Below are positions 1 through 13,192 of a DNA stretch of 64,000 nucleotides, piece after piece. The translations under genes and the position numbers were made by a program. Numbering within the stretch: position 1 is the stretch's first letter; every line of letters begins with the position of its first letter. Origin of the DNA: Octopus sinensis (taxonomy: Eukaryota); NCBI RefSeq assembly GCF_006345805.1, contig NC_043004.1:92690001-92754000 (forward strand), in the 5' to 3' direction. The notes beneath the pieces are model-generated. The model was not told where the DNA came from. It ran no database searches and worked only from the letters and a program-made list of their open reading frames with translations.

Positions 1-84
1 CCCGGGGTCGATTTGATCGACTAAAGGCGGTGCTCCAGCATGGCCGCAGTCAAATGACTGAAACAAGTAAAAGAGTAAAAGAGT
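1..84 (+). mobile_element. 3' end of SINE group A (tRNA head + CORE-like domain)
   Basis: Matches the 3' end of full copies at 23806, 47330, 59060 (ctaaaggcggtgctccagcatggccgcagtcaaatgactgaaacaagtaaaagagta). Confidence 0.85.
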
Positions 85-496
85 ATATACACATTTACTG
101 TTTACCATTCTCAGCATGTATTCTACAGAATCCCTTGTCGATAGTGTATCACATCCAGCATACCCCCAAAATCCTCTACTACTCACACTCACCAACCATT
201 ACTGTAACACATAAACCATACCGACACTAGGCATACTCTACACATTGACACCTGTTAATGTAATACATAAAACAACCTATGCTGCACACACTCTACAATT
301 GAGGTTCCCAACCATTTTTTGCCTACAGACCCTTGATCCCTGCTTTACTTAGGTGGGCCCCTCGTAGCCATTCAATGAATTAAAAAAAGTCCTATCGTAT
401 TTTTATAATTAACTATTATTAAGAATTTATTTTTAAATTGTTTAAATATTTTGTTTATTGTAGAGAAGTATAACCAATTTATTGCATACAATCTAT

Positions 497-1432
497 CTAT
501 CTGTCTAGGTCGTACCTCAGACTGTTTCCACACGTTTTTTCCCATTCATCTCGATCTTCCATCAGGGTCCTTAACTCTTGTATCTCTTCCATACCAGTAT
601 TCTCCAGGAAGTTGTCGATATAGGTCGTCTTCTTCCTTCCTTTCCTGGTTCTTCGTTCCGTTGGTTGCCAGAGCACAAGCTTGTTAGCAATTTCATTGGT
701 GTGTCTGATGCACTGTCCACCTAGTCTCATCCTTCTATGCTGTATCTTCAATGTTACTTTAGGTAGTCCCTGGTATAAGTTGGCGTTTGTTGTATGACTC
801 TTCCGGGAGATATTCCATGTCATTCTAAGCATCCTCGCATAACAACCGTCCAACTGCTTCTTCAATGCTTTAGTGAGCGTCCAAGTTTCAGTCCCGTATA
901 GAACAGACTCCATTGTTGCCAGAAACAACCACACTTTCAATTTCCTAGCTAACTTTGAACTCCATACCTTTCTCAATTTATGGCATGCGCTCCAGGCAAG
1001 AGCTTTCCTTACTACGATGTCTTTTTCAGTACTTTGTGTCTACGCACCAAGGTATTTGAAATTTTCAACTACCTTGAGCACCTACCATCTCTCACTTTCA
1101 CTGAGACAGGGCTTTTGTGGTTGAATACTTGCAGCTCTGTTTTGTTTGCGTTACTTTACAATCCTACCTTCTCCGATTCATGCTCTAATCTACTGAGCAC
1201 CACCTGTACCTGATCTGTCCTCTTTGTTAGTACTGCCAGCTCATCAGCATAGTCTAGATCAGTTACTGTTACTGCTTGATGCCGTCTACTTCTTTGCCTA
1301 TGCAGTTTGAATCTCATTCTTCTGCCTTGCCCTCGTACGTTCTACGCATTACATAGTCCAGAACGGTGGCTAAGAGATAAGGTGTTAGCGTGCCGCTTTG
1401 TAATACTCCGGCTTTGACTTCAAAGTATTGCC
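497..1432 (-). mobile_element. Decayed RTE-clade LINE, RT and C-terminal part
   Basis: Minus-strand translation gives GVLQSGTLTPYL, DLDYADELA (YADD-like) and ESVLYGTETWTLT...LDGCYARMLR, with frameshifts. Confidence 0.85.
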
Positions 1433-3375
1433 TACAAATCTTAACGACAAAATCTTACATGGACTCCAAAGACCATATGGACCCCAGTTGAAGATCACTG
1501 CTCTGCACAAACACCACTCGGCTTCAAAAATATCTCACAAAACATACAAGATACAATCAATTCTCAACGAAATTACACAAATCACATTGCACGCAAACCT
1601 CTCGGCAAAAAAAAAACGAAACCCAAAAAACAAATATACCAAAACACAAGAAACATAAAAAAAACCCATAATGCAGCTAAACAGACGTAGTATACAAACA
1701 CAACTTTATGCCTTTAAAAGATAATGCTACATGTAAATCAACAACATGGGTATATGTTTGGTGATTCCATATAAACTCACACGAATCAGTTGACAAAAAA
1801 AATAGTAATAATTTATTCCGTAGACCTGACCAGAAATTTAGATGGGACAACAGTCGTTTGTAATGGCTCCAGAAGAATGAAAGGCAAAGTTGACTTCAGC
1901 AGGATTTGAACTCAGAACTTAAAGGACAGTAACTAAATACCACCAGGAACGGCGATTTCTTTATCACCACAAGGGTAACAAATGGAAAACAGGCATTAAA
2001 AATATATAGAAAACAAGCATTAAAAATAGCAACGACAAAACCATACAATATCTTGTCTTATTTTCAGTGATATAATGGCCCCCTTGATGTACGTACATGA
2101 ACAGCCAGCGTAAAAAATTTGGTAGCTCTTTGCCCAATGTAATGTAATCGCTAGATTCGAGAAGTTTGCAACATTTGCATATTACTTGTAGCTCAATAAT
2201 TCTGCAGCTTGTTGCCTTGTGGTTTGCTACTGGTGAGCAGCATTTTACTTTTCGTTTATTCATAATATATTATTAAAGGCAGAGTAAGATAGTTTGTGCT
2301 CTGTTTTTATGTCTTTTTTTATTATTTTGTTTCTCCTCTTTTGTTGTTGTTTTTTTAATTACGTATTCGTCTAATCTATAGACAGAATACATTTGATTTG
2401 TGTTTTAAGCTTAATATTATGAGTTTTTTTATTTCATTTTATAGACTGCTATGTCTGTTCAATGTATTGCATAAAATTTGTTATATAATATAGTCTATTA
2501 AATCATTTGAACATCCGTTATTAACTATTCAATTGTTTGTGCTATAATTTCATTGTATACTGTTGTCTCGAAGGAGAAAATCAAAAACTTCGCGGAGTAG
2601 AAATACCAGAACTGAAGTTTTTATATTTGTGTGAATATTTTTTTAAACTATATCTATATACACATTTGTTGTTTACCATTCCCTGTATGTATAAGCATTT
2701 ACTAAACTACTTAACTATTTACTGGTCTTATACGTGTCTTTCTTTTTATTATTCTTATATTTACACCTAAGTATGGGGTTGTTGAATCGCATCAGTGTTT
2801 ATCTAAATAATGTTACTGGAGAAGAAAGTTATTCTATCTAAACCTTCCTTAAATTTTTTCGACTTCTTTTTGTGCAGCCGTCACTACAAAAATATCTCCA
2901 AATTTGATGTAAATTGTGGGTTTGTATTTTTAATTGACGTTAACTTCTACATTGTCTGGCATGGGTATATGTTTACACAAATTCTGTATAGGTATATGTA
3001 TGTGTATATCTATATATGCATTTAAGTTTGTATGTTACGTATGCATGAATGTATGAATATAAATATATTTGTACAAATGTAGGTATGTAAGTATTTATGT
3101 GCATATATATATATATTTATATATAATAAACATGCATATATATCTATATACATACATATATAAGTGTGTGTGTGTGTGTGTGGTGTAAACGTTATACATG
3201 TGGCCATAAAGGGACAAGGAATTGAAGTTGTTTAAAGATAGAGGGACTGAAAGAGAAGCGGCAGAGGATACACGGAGATAGTAAAAAGAACAGCGTTAAA
3301 TCTATATTATGCAGTAAAAATGTTTAAAGTTTGTGTGTGTGTAGTTTTTATTGCAAGTGGAGCTAAGAAATTGTT

Positions 3376-3414
3376 TCGAGACTCCAGTTTCAAGTCATTG
3401 CGATCTTCAGGCGA
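3376..3414 (-). ncRNA. Degenerate Penelope-type minimal hammerhead motif
   Basis: Reverse complement reads tcgc-CTGAAGA-tcgcaatgactt-GAAA-ctggag-TC-tcga; stem II is damaged. Confidence 0.35.
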
Positions 3415-3599
3415 CAAGCTAATCGTTGTGGAGAGAAACTCGAGTCGCAAGACGAGATCTCGGTCTCAGATTTAATTTTAAAAAAACAATCTTCTACAAC
3501 TTGCATTGAACGTCATTAGCTCAAATGATCTAAACTTCTTTATAGTAAATTGATATATATATTATAATATAATATAATATAACATAAACACATACACAT

Positions 3600-4130
3600 A
3601 TACATAAATAGTTCTTTTTCTCTGTATGACTTCATATGTATTGCCTTCTACTCACAACACCAAATATCTAATATAGTACAAAACATTGATTCTTTGAAAA
3701 CGTTCAAAGTGAACATGTATGACATTAACACGCATAGTAATAAAATGAATAATACCAACTGAAACTGTACACACTCGAACAAGTGTTTTCTAAATGCTAA
3801 ATATTGATCATAACATCATATATCAGGGTGCTGTACAAACTAACACTTCTTACACACCGTATATTAACCCAAGCACTAATTAAAGGCTCGCTACATCCAA
3901 CACAACATTCTTTCCGTAACCCAACACGAAAAAAAAACGTTACAATGTTGTCAATTTACCTATCGCAACCTAAAGAAAAAAATATTCAATATGGAAGATC
4001 CTTGTGGAAGCCACACCGTATGAGAATAAAAGCAGATCCTGTATTTTGTACACAGAACAGGCAATGCAAACCTTCAACCAAAACTCTCAGAAAGTTATTG
4101 CATCCTGTACAAGATATATACAACGTATCT
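3600..4130 (+). mobile_element. Decayed Penelope-like element, C-terminal GIY-YIG endonuclease
   Basis: Frameshifted translation: *NC..NKCFLNAK, IIYQGAV...YIN, KARY..H.SFRN...LSIYLSQPKEKNIQY, WKILVEATPYENKSRSCIL. Confidence 0.65.
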
Positions 4131-4827
4131 GCATCACAAATCTATTTCGAATCCTTGTATCTTAGTGGATAGACTTGTGAACGTAGGGCAACTGCTGCTT
4201 CTTTACTAAGAAAACTCACTAGTTAACTTCAGCTTTCTCTGGATACGGCCAGGGGCATTAAGAAGCCCAATGTATGACGTAAACTATCGTTTTCTCTGAA
4301 CCCATTCTTCGGGCACAACTTATATCAACTCCACTACTGCTTGACTATATTTCCAATCATAAAATGCATCTCTGCAAATTTAATAAAGCCACAAGTACCT
4401 AGACTAATTTTTCTTCTGTTCCGTCTGATGCCGCATTATGCACACCTCTCGTTCTCCTCTAGTTACACTTACATTTTCTAGATAATACTCCCACCTCTCA
4501 TTGAACACTAAATCTCATAAATTTCTTCAATTAACTATTCGCCCTTAAAAGTGAGAATTACATAAGATCTTAATTCTTACCATAAACATCTTTTTTTCTT
4601 TTCTCTCTAAATAGGCTCTTGGAGGTCCTAACACCACCAAAGATAAAGGCTATTTGCACATCTAATAAAACAATATGTAACTTTTTATCGTATTTTCTAT
4701 CTATTATTTCATCACCGAATGTGGTTTCTGCCATTAATAATGCGATCTTTAAATATCTGTTTAAATATTTCTATGTTCTTAATTATCCATTACCATCTCT
4801 ATCATCATCATCATCGTCATCATCATC

Positions 4828-4863
<36 letters not shown>

Positions 4864-5333
4864 GCCATTATCATCACCACCATTTTTCATATTTAACGAG
4901 ATTTATTAAGATTTACATCATTACTTATATTATCAGCAACTTTATTACAAGAGTGTTTACTTTAATTATTATTATTATGAAAGAGGGTGGTGATTCGGCA
5001 GAATCGGGAGAGCATCTGAAAAAAAAAAAAAACGAAAATGCTTTGTGGTATTTGTTCCGGCTCTTTACGTTCTAAGTTCAAATCCAACCAAGGTCAACTT
5101 TGCTTTTCATCCCAGTAGGGTAGGTAAAATAAAATGCGGATTAAACTAACTAAATCCTTCCTCCAGAAATTTAGATCTTGTGCCTATATATTAAAAAGGA
5201 TTATATATTAAAAAGGATTATCATTTTTACTAATATTTTCATCATTAAGATTAAGAGTGACTCTATATGACCAATAGTAATGCTGTTTCTATCTTCAATA
5301 ATATTACAATTGCGATTAGTATACACATGTGCA

Positions 5334-5520
5334 AGGCGACGAACTGGCTGATTCGTTTACACACCAGGCAAAATGCGTAGCGATATTTCATTACTCTTAA
5401 CGTTCTGAGTTCAAATTCCGCCGAGGTCGACTTTGTCTTTTATCCTTTCGAGTCGATAAAATAAGTACCAGTTGAGTACTGGGGCCGATATAATCGACTA
5501 ACTCCATCCCCCAAAATTTT
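5334..5520 (+). mobile_element. SINE group C (Meta-domain-like)
   Basis: Contains gttctgagttcaaattccgccgaggtcgactttg...tcctttcg.gtcgataaa.taagtacca, shared with many other copies in the window. Confidence 0.75.
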
Positions 5521-5580
5521 ATATATGTATGTATTTCCAAAATAAACTAACATCAGTACCTCTAGAATTTGTCTGATCGT

Positions 5581-5630
<50 letters not shown>

Positions 5631-5879
5631 CTTGTATATAACAAACTCTTAAGATAATGGTGTTTCTTTGCATCGGCCAAATTGAAAGAAATTAGCAAAA
5701 TTGGCAAAATTAGTACAGTGAATTTGCCAAGAGGTGTGGAGACAGACACCTTCTTTAGACAAGCGTCGACTGAAGAGAAATCAGTGAAAGGCAAAAGAGA
5801 TTTACATCTTCCCTATATATGTATGCATGTCTATACAGTTATATATGTATATACATGTGTGTGTGTGCATATTTTTCTA

Positions 5880-6270
5880 TCGTCTCGGCCCTCACCGTAT
5901 GTTTTTACTGTTTTGTTCTCACTGTTCTGTTCTTTTTACTGTTTTGTTCTTGTTACCACTTTCACCCTCCGCAAAAAAATTCCAAATTTTATTTAATTTG
6001 CTTTGCGGGAAGGATTGTTTCAATGAAGTCGCGTCTTGTCCTTGCCTTCGAACGTGGAGTAGATGAAACAGGGACAACTGAAGAAGGGGAATATTCTTTA
6101 TGTTGTATATCTCTTTTCTCTGTTTGTTTATTTCGTTGTTCGAAAAAAGTTTGTTTCTATGTTTTTGTTTTCATGTTTTCGTTTCTCATTGTGTTCAACG
6201 TCTTTTTTATGTCCTGTACCCATATATGCATGTATATATACATATATATGTATGTATATATGCATATATT
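5880..6270 (+). repeat. Interspersed repeat, probably Penelope pLTR-derived
   Basis: Homologous to 40600-40990 (ccgcaaaaaa...ttgcggga hairpin, ggagtagatgaaacag...actgaagaagggg); a diverged copy may lie near 2560-2700. Confidence 0.6.
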
Positions 6271-6275
6271 TACAT

Positions 6276-6319
<44 letters not shown>

Positions 6320-6512
6320 TGTATGTATGTATTACATATATACAGTTTCGCTGGGAAAAGAATCAACATTCCCTGATGAAATGGTAGGGTTATGCAACAA
6401 TGAAAAATTACGTTACATCATGAAATATTATGCATTATTAAATAAATAACAATGCGTGCAGCAAAAACTTGAACAGCCCAATCTTGTTTTTGTATGTATG
6501 TATGTATGCATG

Positions 6513-6546
<34 letters not shown>

Positions 6547-7021
6547 TGTATGTATGTATGTATGTATGTATGTAGCTATCTATCTATCTATTTATAGTGT
6601 TTGAGATGTGACCCACGCATTGTTTGAGTTGATGTATGTTCATGCAACTGATTCTTAATACATTTATGAGTGTGTGGTTTCTTTAATTTCCCTACCACCA
6701 TAACAGAAATTTATAGCATTGTATCATAGTTACAATATAAAGGAATGATACTTCAACTAGTAGCTATCAACAAGGCTTGCAGTACCACATACTAACAACC
6801 TTCTAGTCATGAGCAAACTACTACCGTGGGACCTACTGAAAAGCACGCTTCATTTCACGAGGGGAAAAAATGTTTATTCAAATTTTATTCAATAGTTCAG
6901 CCCACCTGATGATGAGTCATATCTCGCAGCTTGCCTCTCGAAAATATTCAAGACAATTCTATGGACTATTATTACCAGATATGTAAGGAGGTAGTTATAT
7001 ATATATACGTGCCCAATATAT

Positions 7022-7220
7022 GTCTCAAATTTTGGCACAAGACCAGCAATTTAGTGGAAAGGGTAAGTCGGTTAAATCCGCCCCAGTCGTATTTTATTGA
7101 CCCCGAAAGGATGAAAAGCGAAGTCGACCCCGACGGCATGTGAACTCAGGACGTAAAGTCGGAAGAAATGCCACTAAGTATTCTGTCCGGCGCGGTAACG
7201 ACTGTGCCAGCTCGCCGCCT
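7022..7220 (-). mobile_element. SINE group C (Meta-domain-like)
   Basis: Reverse complement of the group C consensus including the head ggcggcgagctggca. Confidence 0.75.
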
Positions 7221-7487
7221 TATAAGTTCTACATATTAAGTTCTAACATAGCCAGAAGGCCTCAATTTTGGCGTTGAATATAATTGATTAGACTGAGCCC
7301 AGTTTTTGATTGTTTTTTTATCGACCTCGGAAGGATGAAAGATGACGTTGGCCTTGACAGTATACGAAATAAGAACATCAAGTCTCAAACATAAATAGTA
7401 CAAGGTATTTTGTCCTACATGTTATTGACTCGACAGTACATCACCTTGATATAAGCTTTACATATTAACCATTGTTGTTTGTTCTAG

Positions 7488-7636
7488 ACATTTCCATGGA
7501 CGATATTGTGAGTACCAGCTATTAAAGAGGAGTTGTGGTCCATTAAAACACGGCACTTGGTTACGCTATAAATGCGATCTTTGTTGGTGTTTCGACGGAA
7601 GATTTCGCTGTCTACAACATGTGTTCAGAGGCTGTG
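7488..7636 (+). CDS. EGF-CFC: EGF-CFC (Cripto/Cryptic/oep family) internal exon: end of EGF-like domain plus complete CFC domain
   Basis: Acceptor ttgtttgttctAG (7486-7487), donor G|GTATGT (7637); 149 nt, phases 2/1. Encodes HFHGRYCEYQLLKRSCGPLKHGTWLRYKCDLCWCFDGRFRCLQHVFRGC, aligning by eye to human Cripto SFYGRNCEHDVRKENCGSVPHDTWLPKKCSLCKCWHGQLRCFPQAFLPGC with all 7 Cys and the HxxW motif. Confidence 0.93.
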
Positions 7637-7650
7637 GTATGTAGTTAATC

Positions 7651-7700
<50 letters not shown>

Positions 7701-8307
7701 TTCTCTCTCTCTCTTCTCTCTCTCTCTCTCTCCCTCTCATTCTACCTAAACTCTAAATAAGGGCTGAGTGAGAAAATATCCAGAGTCGCCATCCACACGA
7801 AAAATAGCAACTAAATGAGAGTCAACATATTTAATGCAACGGGAAAAAGATTCTAATTGGTCATTAATACTTATCCAATGATCAAGTAGGGAGATGAGGT
7901 CTAAGGAGAGGAGGACACTGTGGCGGTGTTATAAAGCTAAAAGATTTCCGGAATTTTCCTCCATACATAACAGACTCAAATTGAATTAGCAATATTTGTT
8001 ATGCTAATGCTTTCTTCTCACAGGCATACGTCTAATGAATTAACTGGAGATTTTTCTTACGCTTCATTAAATATATAGCATTGAATTCATTGTAAAAGCC
8101 ATAAAGAAAAGCGTACTGTACACGCTAGTTTGAATGTCAGTAAACAGCTTCAAGAGAATGGAGTCTGAATTGAATTCCAATGAGTTCTCTTCTTTCATCA
8201 GTTTACTTATCATCCGTAAGGAATAGTATAGTTACTACAAAATCGTATGCAAAATGCTATGATATATTTGGATTCCATCTTGACACTGTCATTCTAGTAC
8301 CTTTATG

Positions 8308-8694
8308 AGGAGGCGCAATGGCCCAGTGGTTAGGGCAGCGGACTCGCGGTCATAGGATCGTGGTTTCGATTCCCAGACCGGACGTTGTGAGTGTTTATTG
8401 AGCGAAAACACCTAAAGCTCCACGAGGCTCCGGCAGGGGATGGTGGTGATCCCTGCTGTACTCTTTCACCATAACTTTCTCTCACTCTTACTTCCTGTTT
8501 CTGTTGTACCTGTATTTCAAAGGGCCGGCCTTGTCACTCTCTGTGTCACGCTGAATATCCCCGAGAACTACGTTAAGGGTGCACGTGTCTGTGGAGTGCT
8601 CAGCCACTTACACGTTAATTTCACGAGCAGGCTGTTCCGTTGATTCGGATCAACCGGAACCCTCATCGTCGTAACCGACGGAGTGCTTCCATCC
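8308..8694 (+). mobile_element. Full-length tRNA-derived SINE group B, tail type 1
   Basis: A-box tggcccagtgg and B-box-like ggtttcgattcc; near-identical copies at 30411, 56485, 60349, 62198; flanked by a 77-bp direct repeat. Confidence 0.9.
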
Positions 8695-8889
8695 AGTTAC
8701 TACAAAATCGTGTGCAAAATGCTATGATATATTTGGATTCCATCTTGACACTGTCATTCTAGTACCTTTATATTCTACATTGCTTCAATAGGTCTAGGTA
8801 ACATACATAAATAGGTAGAGAATTTATACCTATGATAGATTGGTATCCGATCCAGGTGTACCTATTACCTAAGTATCTCCAGTTAAAAT

Positions 8890-9085
8890 GCGTAGCCGTA
8901 TTTCGCCTGTCGTTACGTTCTGGGTTCAAATTCCGCCGAGGTCGACTTTGCCTTTCATCCATCCTTTCGGGGTCGATAAATTAAGTACCAGTTACGCACT
9001 GGGGTTGATGTAATCGACTTAATCCGTTTGTCTGTCCTTGTTTGTCCCCTCTGTGTTTAGCCCCTTGTGGGTAGTAAAGAAATAT
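8890..9085 (+). mobile_element. SINE group C, 5'-truncated
   Basis: Group C core with tail gccccttgtgggtagtaaagaaata; flanked by repeated tatctccagttaaaat (probable TSD). Confidence 0.85.
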
Positions 9086-10004
9086 ATCTCCAGTTAAAAT
9101 AATGTCATCACATTATCACAGTCTCTTTAGCTATCATAAAGAAGGATAGGAAGCATGCCATCATGTGAATATTATTTGTGCTGTAGACAGGTGCATTAAT
9201 CAAGATTTGTTTCTCTACGTCTCTGCTGCGTTCTTGTAATTAAAAAAAAAATTTATTCTATATTGTCGCCAAATGATACAACTTTCAGTAGAAATAACTA
9301 AAAGATCGACTGGAAATGTTCCCTCTGATAATTTAACGTCTTATCATCATTTTGTTTTTCCCCGAGACTTTCTGTGGTCAAGATGCTATAATGATTCTTT
9401 CTAATTTTCGCACAAGGCCAGCAATTTTAAGAGAACCCAACACTTAATAGCCACATTATTTTATCGAATCGAAAGGATGAAAGGTAATGCTGACCTCGGT
9501 AGGGTTTGAGCTCAGAGCGTAAAAAAACCGGAAGAATTGCTGCTAGGCGAGCTAGCAAAATCGTTAAAGCTTCGGAAAAAATACTTTTCAACATTCCCTC
9601 TAGCCCCTTACATTCTGGATTTGATTTCCACCGAGGTCAACTTTGCGTTTCATACTTTTAGAGTTGATATATTAAAGTACCAGTCAAGTACTGGAGTCGA
9701 TGTAATTGAAAAAACCCTCCCTCTAAAAGTTTTAAAGTATGCCATAATGATAACAATAATTTTTTCTAATTTTAGCACAATGCCAACTATTTTATAGGGA
9801 GGAGTTTGTCAATATCATCGATCCCGGTACTAGACTGGTACTTTGTTTCGTTACCCCCAGAGGAATGAAGAGCCAAATTGGCTTTGACGATATTTAACTT
9901 TGTCTTTCATTCTTCCTGGGCCGATAAAAAAAAAAGTCCAATTGAACAACATTACATATTTACTTTATATATGAATGCTTGAGCCAACCAGTAAACCACT
10001 ACAT

Positions 10005-10205
10005 GATCACTCTACCTGCTAGAATTAGTAGCCAAATTAACCCTCAAAATACACCCTATAGTTTTATAAAAAGAAAGTATACATTAGATAGGTCCTTATA
10101 TTCCATCTTTGTAAACAAGACATGAGATGTTCAGAGCTGAAATTCCTTTGATCATAGGTACATTCAACCAGTACTGACCTGAGTTAAAATAACATCAACA
10201 ACAAC
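10005..10205 (+). repeat. Older interspersed repeat (group D) ending in (CAA)n
   Basis: acctgctagaa.tag..gccaaa...cctcaaa...cctttgatcataggt...ctgacct; related copies near 10378(-), 20190(+), 21230(-), 36490(-), 52420(+). Confidence 0.6.
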
Positions 10206-10778
10206 AACGGCAGATAAGTGTTCGATGTTTGTCCCTGAATACAAAACGAAATCTTCAATGACTTCAGTTTAAAGACCATTTCATATGATTAGATTTTTAT
10301 ATATCCTTGTAATTGCGTGGGTTGTTCAGTTATTACTAAGGAAGTGGTTTTACCGTGTGTATTACACAAATAGTTATTATTTAAGCCCAGGTCAATCCCT
10401 GATCAAACAAACTCAGGGTCGAAGATATTCCAACGAATACCATTCTGCCTTTTTATTCAGATTTGACATTCCTCTTTTACAACAATCATATAAGTGGCAT
10501 GTAGAGTACCTGTTGCTATTTCTTGCAATTCGAGAGACTACGCAGGAAAACTGAACTTAGCTCTGCAAGCTAACAAACAGCTAATTAGTTCTACAGTGTT
10601 ACTACTTCTTCTTACAATGTGGTACCTATTTAGAGCTATACGAACTGAGCCATTTGAAGGTTAGTGTTTTTATATTTAGATACGCGTATATTATGTACAT
10701 TTATGCGTATATATATGTGTGTGTATGTGTGTGTGTGTGCGTGTGTGTGTGTATTTATGCATATAAATATATATACGC

Positions 10779-10863
<85 letters not shown>

Positions 10864-10919
10864 ATATATACATACATATATATATATATACATATATATA
10901 CATATATACATATTTATAT

Positions 10920-10960
<41 letters not shown>

Positions 10961-10968
<8 letters not shown>

Positions 10969-11259
10969 AGTGAATTGAAGAAATAGAGTTGAACGAAGAT
11001 TGAACAGAAATCGTTTTATTGCATTCTACACGTGTTTCGAAAGCCACAATTTACCAAATTCCGAAATACTCACATACCGCAATCAACCTTCCCACTGGTC
11101 AAAAGCTAAACATCTATTAATGCTATATTAATCCTCCCAGGAATATGGACTGTGATCTTAATTTGGTAAATTGTGGCTTTCGAAACACGTGTAGAATGCA
11201 ATAAAACGATTTCTGTTCAATCTTCGTTCAACTCCATTTCTTCAATTCACTAATAATAT
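10961..11259. repeat. 100-bp near-perfect inverted repeat with 99-bp spacer
   Basis: 10961-11060 is the reverse complement of 11160-11259 with about one mismatch; each arm holds the hammerhead half GAAACACGTGTAG followed by AATAAA. Confidence 0.9.
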
Positions 11260-11407
11260 TAAAATTCAATTATCCGCACCAACGCACGGTTGCAACACCA
11301 TATGGTTGTACCTCCAACCGTGCTTTCTTCTGCTGTGATTTTTGCTACCAAGGTATCGGTTAAACTTTTGATTAATCTGCAACAAGATTATTCATCTTTC
11401 TATTTCA

Positions 11408-11453
<46 letters not shown>

Positions 11454-11580
11454 ATATATACATCTTTTTAATTTGTTTACGGGAAACGTTTTGAATATGC
11501 AAATAAAGCTCCTATTCCTTCCATTAAGCCGGTTATAGCCTAAAGATGTTGACTGATGAAACCGATGTGATTTAGGATAG

Positions 11581-12028
11581 ATATAGTAATAATAACAATA
11601 ATCTGAAACTTATAAATACTTTAATGTATCGCTACGCGCATTTCCACAAATCTCATGCCTCTCAAGATCTTAGTCCGTATTCCTGCGACGATTAAGTGTC
11701 GTCCGTAATATCCATGGGCATCGGGTAGATCATCGTCATGGATTCATTTTTTCAGGCAATAGAACATTAATGGATGTTTAACTGAGAGTATTTATCACTT
11801 TTGACTGATTGAAGTATGTGGATATTTCACCAAATACACACAGAAATACTCACATACCGCAATCAACCTTCCCACTGGTCAAAAGCTAAACATCTATTAA
11901 TGCTATATTAATCCTCCCAGGAATATGGACTGTGATCTTAAGAGACATGAGATTTGTGGAAACGCGCATAATGATGCATTAAAATGTTTATAAATTTCAT
12001 CCAAGGATTATTGTTATTATAACTATAT
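11581..12028. repeat. Diverged inverted repeat overlapping an exact copy of the 11063-11161 spacer
   Basis: 11581-11696 resembles the reverse complement of 11907-12028; 11843-11941 is identical to 11063-11161. Confidence 0.8.
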
Positions 12029-12029
12029 A

Positions 12030-12907
12030 CAGGGTGCGGTGAATAAATTATCGTCAAAATTACGCAAAAATGAAAATAACACTAACATCTCATTTTAACA
12101 AATATATTTACCAAAATTACATAAAAAATATATTGAAATACTAAAGAGTAAATTTATTCAATAAAATCGCCGTTAACTTCAACCACTGCCTCCAAACGAC
12201 TTCGGTATCTCCTCCAACTCTTCAGGACGGTCTCCTAGTTTAAGTTGGTCAATGCTGCCATAATCCTTGCCTCCAGTTCATCTTTGGTGTTACAAGGAGT
12301 TTTGTTGGTCTCTCGCTCAACTGAGTCCCACATATAATAATCAAGGGGGTTGCAGTCTGCGGAAGTTAGCTGGCCAGATGTTTGGGGTGATATGGTCGTA
12401 GAAATTGTCTGACAGCCATGGCTGAGTTCTCCTGCTTGTGTGACATGGTGCAGAGTTCTGTTGCCAGACACAGAGTCTTCCAGCAGTCACCCACTTGACC
12501 CAGGACAGCACTACCTTCTCCAAGCACTTGATGTAGGCTTCCGTGTTGAGTCTAAGGCTGTGTGGGAAGATGGATGGAGGCATAACGTCGCCATCACTAG
12601 TGATCACGCCAAACACCATGATGATGACTGGGTGTTTGATTTTTATTGCTCTCGGTACATGTCATCAGATTGACGCCCAAACATTCTGAAATGTTCATAT
12701 TGGAACTTCCGGCGCGAATGCAATGCAGTACAGTATATCGCTTCTAAATTTCTGATAGAGTGAATTGTGCATGATGCAGTTTTTCTCACAGACAGTACCC
12801 AACTGACCCTACTATACCGTGTAGTCTACAAAATCAAAAACAAACAATGCGCAAACGCGAAATTAAAAATATAAAATGGCGACAATTTACCCATCACACG
12901 CTCTTTG
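12030..12907 (-). mobile_element. Internally deleted DD37D (maT-like) Tc1/mariner transposon
   Basis: WQQNSAPCHT...WPAN/SADCNPLDYYMW across a frameshift, 37 residues by hand count; degenerate TIRs and TA flanks. Confidence 0.85.
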
Positions 12908-13192
12908 TATGTGTGTGTGTGTGTGTGTGTGTGTTTGTATGTATGTATATGTGTATGTATACATGTATGTATGTACGTATGTATATATATGTGTGTGTGT
13001 AAGTATATGTACATATATACATATGTATATACACATACATATATATCCTTATATACATTCATACATATATATATATGTATATATACGCATGTATATACAC
13101 ATACATATATATCCATATATACATATGTAAGTATTTATGTATGCATGTATGTATAGGTTGCCGACATTCTAGTTGCTGTTGTATCATTGCAG

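Noticed and set aside
2068-2232. Possible signal-peptide exon (acceptor 2067, ...IILQLVALWFAT G|GTGAGC) and a follow-on mini-exon near 6346-6383
   Set aside because: An in-frame TAA at 2145 separates the ATG from the hydrophobic stretch and no EGF exon follows; only cDNA could rescue it.
3757-3812. TGA at a Cys-like position in the Penelope fragment, suggesting selenocysteine
   Set aside because: The fragment has other stops and frameshifts and a C-terminal endonuclease layout; ordinary decay explains it.
8310-8380. tRNA gene-like sequence
   Set aside because: It is a SINE head with A and B boxes, without a full acceptor stem, and continues into the SINE body.
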